Origin: an uncultured Christensenella sp.
Lineage (GTDB): Bacteria > Bacillota > Clostridia > Christensenellales > UBA1242
Assembly: GCA_910586385.1 (NCBI GenBank)
Contig: CAJUGX010000004.1
Location: 54,862 to 118,861 of the forward strand
DNA length: 64,000 nt
Direction of reading: 5' to 3'
The position numbers and the translations under genes were made by a program. Positions 1 to 7,231 of the stretch are shown here, in pieces (positions within the stretch are counted from its first letter, which is position 1; each line of letters begins with the position of its first letter). The notes below the pieces were generated by a model. The model was given only the letters and a program-made list of their open reading frames with translations, ran no database searches and was not told where the DNA came from.

Positions 1-427
1 AAACTTCAATCACACTCCTCTTTCCTTCTTCTCTTTGCAAATCCAACTGCTCAGCAACACGTTTGCGATAGTTGTCAAAATCTGCTTGAAGTCTTTGAGC
101 CATCTGAAGATACATCCCTGCTTCTTGACCACAGCAATCAGACTCTTCGTGCTCACATTCGCAATGCCCACAACACTCTTCTCCATGATGATGTTTGTGT
201 TTTTTGTGGTGCTTGTGCCCATGCTCTTCCTGCTCATGATGACATTCACAGTTCTCACCACAGTGACACTCCTCTGTGCAATGACATTCGTCACCGCAAG
301 TGCACTCATCTCCATCTTGACATCCACAATCGTGACCGCATTCGCACTGCTCGCAATCACATTCATCAATCACTTCGGCATTTCTTTCATCATCCACAAT
401 GCCGTCAATCTTTTCTTCGTCTTTCAT
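1..427 (-). CDS. grpE: GrpE nucleotide-exchange factor, N-terminal part only (gene runs off the window start), with an unusual Cys/His-rich N-terminal insert
   Basis: Absent from the ORF track because it has no stop in-window. Manual minus-strand translation from ATG 427-425 (immediately after the hrcA stop at 430-428) gives MKDEEKIDGIVDDERNAEVIDECDCEQCECGHDCGCQDGDECTCGDECHCTEECHCGENCECHHEQEEHGHKHHKKHKHHHGEECCGHCECEHEESDCCGQEAGMYLQMAQRLQADFDNYRKRVAEQ... RLQADFDNYRKR is the GrpE signature, and hrcA-grpE is the canonical gene order. Confidence 0.85.
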   Translation of the reverse strand, partial: MKDEEKIDGIVDDERNAEVIDECDCEQCECGHDCGCQDGDECTCGDECHCTEECHCGENCECHHEQEEHGHKHHKKHKHHHGEECCGHCECEHEESDCCGQEAGMYLQMAQRLQADFDNYRKRVAEQLDLQREEGKRSVIEV

Positions 428-1423
428 CTATTCTCCTTTTTCTCTGCCAAGTTCGTCAATCACGACTTTCAAAGCAGAGGCAATCCCGATATAATCCATC
501 TTTTGAGGTCCAAACACTCCGATTGAAGCCACCTTGTTTCCCCCGACAATGATTGGTGCTTTGACAACCGAGCAAGACTGCCCATCATCCTCAGCAACCA
601 CCGCAGAAATTTCTGCATTGTCATCATCAAGCACTTCGAGAAGTTCTTCCTTGTCGCTGAGCGTTTTGATAACTTTCTTTGCTTCTTCAATTTTCGCTTT
701 ATCAACAAGGTCAACCACACTCTCAGCTTGGACATTCAAAAGTTTTTGTTTGTTCATTTTTGAAAGTCCAAGGACAATGTTGTCAACCACATCTTGAAAC
801 GCCTTTATCTCACTGCTCATTCCCTTCTTGAGGTCTTTGATGTTTTCCATCATAAATCCCATCGTTTCACCCTTGAAATATTTGGTAAGATAGTTTGAAG
901 CATCGTTGCAGCTGTCTTGGCTCGCCTGCACATCCATGGTGTTTGTGATATAACCATAATTCGTGCCAATCAAGACCATGCATTTGTCTCCCAAAAGTGG
1001 GATAATCTTAAACTCTTGCAAAATCAAATTCTCCATCCCATTGACAAGCACAACAGTTGGATAATTGGTCGCCTTTGAAATGATTTTGGCAATGCCAGCA
1101 ACAATGTCTGTCAGACTTTGTGTTCTGTTTTCAATCAGCCGCCTCACATCTTCAAGCTCGGCATTTGTTGCTTTGACATTTTTCAAAAGGTTTTCAACAT
1201 AAAAGCGATACCCTTGCGCCGTTGGCACTCTTCCGCCAGAAGTGTGCAACTGCTTCAAGAAACCCATCGCCTCCAAAGCATTAAGCTCGGAGCGGAGAGT
1301 CGCAGTTGACACATCAAGAGAAGTCTTGTCTTTGACAGAACCACTTGTGATTGGCGCACTGTCTTTGATAAACTCCTCAACAGCAATATTCAGGATTTTG
1401 ATTTTTCTTTCAGAGAGTTCCAT
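428..1423 (-). CDS. hrcA: HrcA heat-inducible transcriptional repressor
   Basis: ORF 428..1456. MELSERKIKILNIAVEEFIKDSAPITSGSV... TLRSELNALEAMGFLKQLHTSGGRVPTAQGYRFYV is typical of HrcA. Start placed at ATG 1423 (AAAGGGG 9 nt upstream), because the longer GTG version would read through the CIRCE operator. Confidence 0.9.
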   Translation of the reverse strand: MELSERKIKILNIAVEEFIKDSAPITSGSVKDKTSLDVSTATLRSELNALEAMGFLKQLHTSGGRVPTAQGYRFYVENLLKNVKATNAELEDVRRLIENRTQSLTDIVAGIAKIISKATNYPTVVLVNGMENLILQEFKIIPLLGDKCMVLIGTNYGYITNTMDVQASQDSCNDASNYLTKYFKGETMGFMMENIKDLKKGMSSEIKAFQDVVDNIVLGLSKMNKQKLLNVQAESVVDLVDKAKIEEAKKVIKTLSDKEELLEVLDDDNAEISAVVAEDDGQSCSVVKAPIIVGGNKVASIGVFGPQKMDYIGIASALKVVIDELGREKGE

Positions 1424-1449
1424 AATTTTCAACCCCTTTATCAGGTCTG

Positions 1450-1476
1450 CTAGCACTCTCGACTTTCAAGTGCTAG
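1450..1476. promoter_or_regulatory. CIRCE operator (HrcA binding site)
   Basis: CTAGCACTC-N9-AAGTGCTAG, close to the consensus TTAGCACTC-N9-GAGTGCTAA, located just upstream of hrcA. Confidence 0.85.
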
Positions 1477-1625
1477 CACTATTATATGCACAAAAAAAAT
1501 AAAAGTCAAACAAAAATGTCAACTTTTTTGTATTTTTTTTGAAATAACAAAAATTCCTTTTTCTTTTCGGCACAAATAAAATCCATTCATGCATTTCTAT
1601 GCGCAATGCATATAAGACCCAAATC

Positions 1626-1829
1626 TCAAGATCTCCCCATCAAATCATCAACTCTGACATACAAGGCACTCGCAACCTTTATTAGATCATCAGACATAAC
1701 AGTGCCGTCTTTTGCAATCATTTTGTCAACAGTGTCAAGAGGGACTCCGCAAAAATCGCAAAACCCTTCTTTTGTCATTTCATGCACCTTCATATACCTT
1801 TCAATCATTTTAACATTGTAATTTACCAT
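1626..1829 (-). CDS. small XRE/Cro-like HTH protein (putative)
   Basis: 67 aa. The segment TKEGFCDFCGVPLDTVDKMIAKDG...LIKVASALYVRVDDL looks like a Cro/C1-type HTH. Divergent from a second XRE gene. Confidence 0.5.
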   Translation of the reverse strand: MVNYNVKMIERYMKVHEMTKEGFCDFCGVPLDTVDKMIAKDGTVMSDDLIKVASALYVRVDDLMGRS

Positions 1830-1976
1830 TTTTTAATCTCCTTTTTTGCCTCCATTGTTAAAATTAAACAATACGATTTTGACTATACCACATTTTGAAC
1901 AATTTGCAAAACGAAATAGTTAAATTTTGGCAATTTTTTATCATAAAATCTATAATTATGGTTAAGGATAGATAAA

Positions 1977-2297
1977 ATGAAGGAAAAACTAAAAGAGTTA
2001 AGAGCTAAAAACGGCGTGTTTCAAAAAGATGTTGCTTTCGAACTTCATATGTCTCAGTCAACTTACAGCAACTACGAAAAAGGCACTGCTGAACCCGACA
2101 TTGCGACAATCAAAGCATTGGCGGATTATTTTCACACAACAACTGACAACCTGCTTGGGCATAGTGTGCCATATCTTCTTGACAAAAGCACACTCACACC
2201 AAAACAAAAACATCTGGTGGAAAGGATTTGCACACTTGATGACAATCTGTGTGATCGCATCGAGTCTTACATCCAAGGAAGCCTTGACAACAAATAA
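1977..2297 (+). CDS. XRE-family HTH transcriptional regulator
   Basis: LKELRAKNGVFQKDVAFELHMSQSTYSNYEKGTAEPDIATIKALADYFHTTTDNLLG is a classic HTH_3 pattern. A hairpin terminator follows at about 2297-2335. Confidence 0.75.
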   Translation: MKEKLKELRAKNGVFQKDVAFELHMSQSTYSNYEKGTAEPDIATIKALADYFHTTTDNLLGHSVPYLLDKSTLTPKQKHLVERICTLDDNLCDRIESYIQGSLDNK

Positions 2298-2402
2298 GAA
2301 ACATGCTTTGACTCAGAGCATGTTTCTCTTTTTTGCAATCTGGCGTCTTTCTTTTTTCATAATATGCACAAAAAATAATGCATCATATTGATAGTTCAAA
2401 AT

Positions 2403-2410
2403 CCCCCCCC
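2403..2410. repeat. C8 homopolymer tract, 11 nt upstream of the -35 of the LRR lipoprotein promoter
   Basis: atCCCCCCCCtcccg. One of five runs of 8 or more C in this AT-rich window. Confidence 0.95.
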
Positions 2411-2421
2411 TCCCGAAAAAC

Positions 2422-2450
2422 TTGCAAAACTCAATGCAATGTGCTATAAC
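2422..2450 (+). promoter_or_regulatory. sigma-A-type promoter of the LRR lipoprotein gene
   Basis: TTGCAA (2422-2427), 17 nt spacer, TATAAC (2445-2450), 33 nt upstream of ATG 2483. Confidence 0.5.
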
Positions 2451-2482
2451 ATGGCTGATTTTAGAATTTTTGGAAGATAAAA

Positions 2483-4120
2483 ATGAAATCAAAATTTAAG
2501 ATACTCTTATCATTTTTGTTTGTGGCTCTTTTTGTCACTGGAGTTGGAGTTTTGTCCGCATGCGGAGGAAAAAGCGAACCCGACATAACCGACGGGACTA
2601 AAGGCCTGTATTATTGGGAAAACGACGATGGTCAATCTTACAGAGTGGGAATGGGAGAAAAGGTCTCAACAAAAGACATTGTCATCCCAACAACTTACAA
2701 AGGCAAACCTGTCACAGAGATTGCTCCAGGAGCATTCGACGGCACTGACATTGTGAGCATCACTTTCACTGACAATGTGACAAAAATTGACTATTCTGCT
2801 TTCCAAAATTGCCAATCACTCACAAAAATAAATTGGGGAAAAAACATCTCCTCCATAGGAAGCAATGCTTTCGAAAATTGCAACGCTCTTCAAGAGGTTG
2901 AAGCCCCAGAAAGTGTTGTCGAATTTGGTTATTCGGTTTTCTCCGAATGCTCTTCTCTTACAAAAGTCATCATCCATGGCAATGCAACTTTGGATAACCA
3001 TGTTTTTTCTCAATGCAGTTCGCTGGAAACCGTCGAATTCCTTGGGGAAAACAGTTTGACTCTTGGTTCTAGTATATTCACACATAGTCCAAATCTCAAA
3101 CAAATGAGATTCACTGCTCAAAACGTGACTGCTGACGAATGGGCATTTATGGATTGCGAACCAACAACCCTCTCAGCAACAACAAACTTCCTCAACTCAG
3201 GTTTCATTGGGACAGACCAGTTGCAAATTTCAAAAAACAGCATCGAAAATCTTGAAATTTTTGATGGCGAAACACTTCCAGAAGGTTTTTCAACATTGTT
3301 CACCAAACTCAAAACATTGACATTGCCAAAGACTTTCAAAACCAGCACAAACAGAGCATTTGATTCTGCATATAGCCTCGAAAGAGTAAACTATCTTGGC
3401 ACACTTGCTGACTGGTGCAACATTGATTTTGATGGATATCGTTCGCATCCATTTTGCCGTTCTTCAAAAAACAAAGTGGAACTTTATATCGACGGAAATC
3501 TTGTTGAAGGAGATTTGACAATCACATCTGGCATCTCTGAAGTAAAACCATATGCATTTTATGGTTATGACAAGATCAACACCCTCACCTTGGCAGAAGG
3601 GGTCGAAACAGTTGGCTCTTATGCATTCAACAGTTGCGGACTTCTCAAAATAACTCTTCCAGAAAGTTTGACAAGCATCAATCAATATGCTTTCTACGGC
3701 AATCAAGGGCTTGTTTCAATAGTCAACCATTCTGCTCTTTCAGAACAAAGCATCCAAGACACAACTGACGGAAGCAACTATCTAGAAATCAAAACTGAAG
3801 ATGATGGTGGTTGCTTGCAAATGCTTAATGATTTGATGTTCTTCAAATTTGCTGATGGCTCGTATGCCCTTGCAAAATATCTTGGCACAGCGACTGAAAT
3901 CACCCTACCAGCAAGCATCGACAATGAAGATTATATAATTCTTGCAAATACCTTCTCTGGCGCTTCTCTTGAAAGCATCATCTTTGCTGAGCAGTCAAAT
4001 TGGTATGCTCAAGAAAACAACAATGAAGCAGTTGAAATGGATGTGACTGACCCAAACACAAATGCAACAAATCTGAAATCAACTCATGCAAACAAAAATT
4101 GGTACAGAATACTCCCATAA
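2483..4120 (+). CDS. surface lipoprotein with BspA-type leucine-rich repeats
   Basis: Signal peptide plus lipobox (GVLSAC). Repeated ...I.IP..V..IG..AF..C..L..I... units (e.g. VTEIAPGAFDGTDIVSITFTDNVTKIDYSAFQNCQSLTKINWGKNISSIGSNAFENCNALQEV) are typical of LRR_5/BspA repeats. Confidence 0.7.
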   Translation: MKSKFKILLSFLFVALFVTGVGVLSACGGKSEPDITDGTKGLYYWENDDGQSYRVGMGEKVSTKDIVIPTTYKGKPVTEIAPGAFDGTDIVSITFTDNVTKIDYSAFQNCQSLTKINWGKNISSIGSNAFENCNALQEVEAPESVVEFGYSVFSECSSLTKVIIHGNATLDNHVFSQCSSLETVEFLGENSLTLGSSIFTHSPNLKQMRFTAQNVTADEWAFMDCEPTTLSATTNFLNSGFIGTDQLQISKNSIENLEIFDGETLPEGFSTLFTKLKTLTLPKTFKTSTNRAFDSAYSLERVNYLGTLADWCNIDFDGYRSHPFCRSSKNKVELYIDGNLVEGDLTITSGISEVKPYAFYGYDKINTLTLAEGVETVGSYAFNSCGLLKITLPESLTSINQYAFYGNQGLVSIVNHSALSEQSIQDTTDGSNYLEIKTEDDGGCLQMLNDLMFFKFADGSYALAKYLGTATEITLPASIDNEDYIILANTFSGASLESIIFAEQSNWYAQENNNEAVEMDVTDPNTNATNLKSTHANKNWYRILP

Positions 4121-4134
4121 ATCAAATGAAAAGA

Positions 4135-4164
4135 AAACACACTCAGTTTTGAGTGTGTTTTTTC
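4135..4164. terminator. bidirectional rho-independent terminator
   Basis: aaacacactc / gagtgtgttt stem, flanked by an A-run and a T-run, between convergent genes. Confidence 0.7.
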
Positions 4165-4173
4165 TTACATTGC

Positions 4174-4836
4174 TTATGCATTGAATGTTGTGTCATTTGT
4201 TGCAGTTGGGTAGATTGGCAAATCCTCGAGTCCTGGACACGCATTTTGTGGAGCTGTCTGGCAAGGTGGAAGATGTGGATAGCCATATGATGGCACAAGC
4301 ACATCAACAAGGCTGGTCACTTTGATGATGATTCTTATGCAACCTGTTGCAGTGAAGACATCTGGCGAAGTGAAGCTGCCAATTCTGCTTGAGAATGTAG
4401 CTGACACATCGATATTCACTGGGCTCATTGCTGGTTGTGGCACAAACAAAAGCACTGATTTGTTTACTGTCACAGTTGATGAAGCAGTGCCAAGCACCCC
4501 GTTTGCGTCACGATATGTAACGGTCACTGGGATTGTCACAACAAAGCTTACATTTGCATAATTTGGGCAAGTTTCAAGTCTGTCAATCACAAGATCAGAC
4601 ACAGTCACTGGGGTTCCAACACTGTTTTCTGCAGAAACATAAGTGAGTGGCAAAGTTGGATTTTCTGGATTGAAACCAGAAAGTTGCAAAATTATGCCAG
4701 TCTCAGTTGTAGTGCATACACAAGCATCAAACACCTTTGTTGCTGAAAGCAAAACTTTTTCGCAAATCCCATTGTTTGGATTTCCTCCTATTGGGCCAGG
4801 CTTGTTTGGATTTGTATTGTTGATGTAAAAAGACAT
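4174..4836 (-). CDS. hypothetical protein (Thr/Val/Ser-rich, probably beta-rich; no family recognised)
   Basis: 220 aa ORF preceded by AAGGAGG. No recognisable motif. Confidence 0.5.
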   Translation of the reverse strand: MSFYINNTNPNKPGPIGGNPNNGICEKVLLSATKVFDACVCTTTETGIILQLSGFNPENPTLPLTYVSAENSVGTPVTVSDLVIDRLETCPNYANVSFVVTIPVTVTYRDANGVLGTASSTVTVNKSVLLFVPQPAMSPVNIDVSATFSSRIGSFTSPDVFTATGCIRIIIKVTSLVDVLVPSYGYPHLPPCQTAPQNACPGLEDLPIYPTATNDTTFNA

Positions 4837-5000
4837 TTCAAAATCCTCCTTAAAGTCTATACACTATCAAGATATGCACGCCCGCCCCAAAATGCCACCA
4901 AAGTCACTCTTTTCTCGAAAAAGGCTTGCCATTCTTCAAAATGATATTGACAACTCAGCTCCAATTTGGTATAATTCTACTATGGTTTAAGGAGGAATTT

Positions 5001-5477
5001 ATGGAACAACTCGAAATCGCAAGACTTGCAGAACTTAGGACTTCTTCGAACGAAAATGGAATGATGGATTTGGATATGTACATCAATTTGATGACCGTAC
5101 ACCGTTCAGTCATGATTTGGGCAGACCAACTTGTCGACCATGACGAAGAAGCTGACTATGACGAAGTTTACAAAGATAGGGATGAAGCCGAGGACCTTTA
5201 CAATGATTATATAGCTCTTGCAAGAGAGACAATGAAATCTAAGAATCCAGAGACGCTTAAAGAATATCTCGGACTTCTCAGAAAAGAAGCAGAGGAAAAA
5301 TTTGCTGCAGACAAAAACCCAGTTTATGTTGCACAATCAGAAAGAATGGATATGTCATCAGAACAAATCGCCGGCATCATACAAAAGCGTGAAGCACTTG
5401 CAAAAACAAAATGCGTCGCTGCCGCACAAAGAGTTGCAACAGCACTTGAAAAAAATGCTGGTGGAGAAGGGAAATAA
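5001..5477 (+). CDS. hypothetical acidic helical protein
   Basis: Start moved to ATG 5001 (AAGGAGG 6 nt upstream). Consensus promoter TTGACA (4947-4952), 17 nt spacer, TATAAT (4970-4975). Confidence 0.5.
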   Translation: MEQLEIARLAELRTSSNENGMMDLDMYINLMTVHRSVMIWADQLVDHDEEADYDEVYKDRDEAEDLYNDYIALARETMKSKNPETLKEYLGLLRKEAEEKFAADKNPVYVAQSERMDMSSEQIAGIIQKREALAKTKCVAAAQRVATALEKNAGGEGK

Positions 5478-5534
5478 CAATCCTCCCCACCCACATATCA
5501 AACAAAAAAGAAGGTCCAAATGGTGACCTTCTTT

Positions 5535-6539
5535 CTATTTTGAAATAGCTCCGCCTTCTTTCTTTGGAAGACCGCTTATTGGTTGCTTTTTGCTGGCAGT
5601 CTTTTTCATGGCATTTTTTTTCGCAATCTCTCTCAATTTCTTTCCGAGTTTAACACCCTTTTCAATAACCGCAGGTTTGATTCCAACCATAGCCTTGTGA
5701 TTGATAAGGGAACTTCCACTATGGTCAGTTATTGTTTGCCTTGAAAATTCATCCCTTACAAGGGCAACGTAATCATTAAATGTACAATGAACTTCCTCTC
5801 TTACCGTGGTGAGTTTCATGCACTGAAGAGTGTCAACTGCTGAAAGGTTTTCCCTGTCCCAATCCTTGGTGAGTATAAAATCGCCTCCTCCAAGTTTGCA
5901 AGCAGAAATCCCCGCCTTTGTTTTATCGTCATAAAGATAGATAAGTTGTGCAATCATACATGAACAAACCATTTCACTCTCTTTGTCAGTAAACTTTTCA
6001 AAATGATACTCTGGTTCTGGCACATAAATCCCAAATCCACCAGGCTCACTTGCCACACAACTTGCCTGCATGTGATAAGGAGTGATGTACGCCTCCTTAA
6101 AAAATGAATAAAAATAATCATTTTTCTCGTCGTTATAAGGGTGAATCACAGGATAATACGCGAGTGGTGCAACAACTACTGATTTTCTAATGCGAGCATA
6201 CTTTTTAAGAAGTTCGACCTCTTGTTTTACCTTTCCTCTTGGGACAGTAGGCTGAGAAACAAGCATCGTATACTTTTTCTCACCAAAACTCGCAACAAAA
6301 ACAAGTTCTGTGTCACCATAATTGATAAATTGAATATCTGCCTTCTCTCCAGTCCTCAAATATATCTCTTCAAACCATTCAGCAACTTGATTTTTTACAC
6401 TCTGCAAAACTTTGTACTCAATGTCTATTAGTTTTAGACCCTTTCTCAAAGGTTCATAATATACTGGACTGTTCACAATCTTGATAAAATCTTTTTCCGT
6501 TGTTGGAATGCCAAGTTTTTCTTTTCCGGTTTTTTCCAT
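5535..6539 (-). CDS. hypothetical protein with a Lys-rich C-terminal tail
   Basis: ORF 5535..6557. Start placed at ATG 6539 (AAAAGGGGTGG upstream). No confident family assignment. Confidence 0.5.
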   Translation of the reverse strand: MEKTGKEKLGIPTTEKDFIKIVNSPVYYEPLRKGLKLIDIEYKVLQSVKNQVAEWFEEIYLRTGEKADIQFINYGDTELVFVASFGEKKYTMLVSQPTVPRGKVKQEVELLKKYARIRKSVVVAPLAYYPVIHPYNDEKNDYFYSFFKEAYITPYHMQASCVASEPGGFGIYVPEPEYHFEKFTDKESEMVCSCMIAQLIYLYDDKTKAGISACKLGGGDFILTKDWDRENLSAVDTLQCMKLTTVREEVHCTFNDYVALVRDEFSRQTITDHSGSSLINHKAMVGIKPAVIEKGVKLGKKLREIAKKNAMKKTASKKQPISGLPKKEGGAISK

Positions 6540-6656
6540 AAAGCCACCCCTTTTCATAAATTATATTTAATAGTACTTTATATATACTCGTATAATAACC
6601 CAAAACACACCTTTTGTCAACCCCAAATTTTTGAAAAAACCTCAATATGCTTGACT

Positions 6657-6664
6657 CCCCCCCC
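6657..6664. repeat. C8 homopolymer tract directly abutting a TTGACT -35 element
   Basis: TTGACT(6651-6656)-CCCCCCCC-aatgtga-TATTCT(6672-6677). The tract makes up most of a 15-nt promoter spacer, 33 nt upstream of ATG 6697. Confidence 0.9.
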
Positions 6665-6696
6665 AATGTGATATTCTTTGAGCGGAGGAAAAGAAA

Positions 6697-7053
6697 ATGT
6701 ATAAACAACAAGACTTAAAAGAATGTGATATTGAATTATTAACTGAAATAACAGACACAAATCTAACCAATGAATATGTCAAACTTATTGAGAATGGGGA
6801 AAGAGAAAATCTTCCCGATAATATTGTATTCGAAACAATAGCATCCAAAAATAAACAAGTATGTTATAAATTTTATGAAGTAAGAAATGAGGAAGAAATA
6901 GAGCAAGACTTGAAAATGTCAAAAATCAAAAGTCTAAACTCAATATCTAAAAGCTTGGATGGTATACATAGAATAATGCATTTCTTTGAAATCTTGACTA
7001 TAGTGGGAATGCTTATTGGCATTTTAGCAATCTTTTTAGTATTCGCACGTTGA
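6697..7053 (+). CDS. hypothetical tail-anchored membrane protein
   Basis: 118 aa, GGAGGAA RBS, a single C-terminal TM (FFEILTIVGMLIGILAIFLVF), very AT-rich coding sequence. Confidence 0.45.
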   Translation: MYKQQDLKECDIELLTEITDTNLTNEYVKLIENGERENLPDNIVFETIASKNKQVCYKFYEVRNEEEIEQDLKMSKIKSLNSISKSLDGIHRIMHFFEILTIVGMLIGILAIFLVFAR

Positions 7054-7231
7054 AAAAGAAGACTGAAATCAGTCTTCTTTGTTATTATGATTATATAACT
7101 ATATTCTTTACCAGTCGCACAAAATCGCCAACAGAGTGCGATTTTCGTTTGGTGCGCAAGTGAAAAATTAAGTTTTAAGGCGACGCTTTTGCCACACTTG
7201 GCAAAACGAGCGAATAACGCAAATTTTTCAC

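Noticed and set aside
10-526. ORF-track entries 10..369 (-) and 35..526 (+), 119 and 163 aa
   Set aside because: Both are shadow frames of the real gene. The third minus frame, open to the window edge, encodes GrpE (RLQADFDNYRKR). Neither listed translation resembles any protein family.
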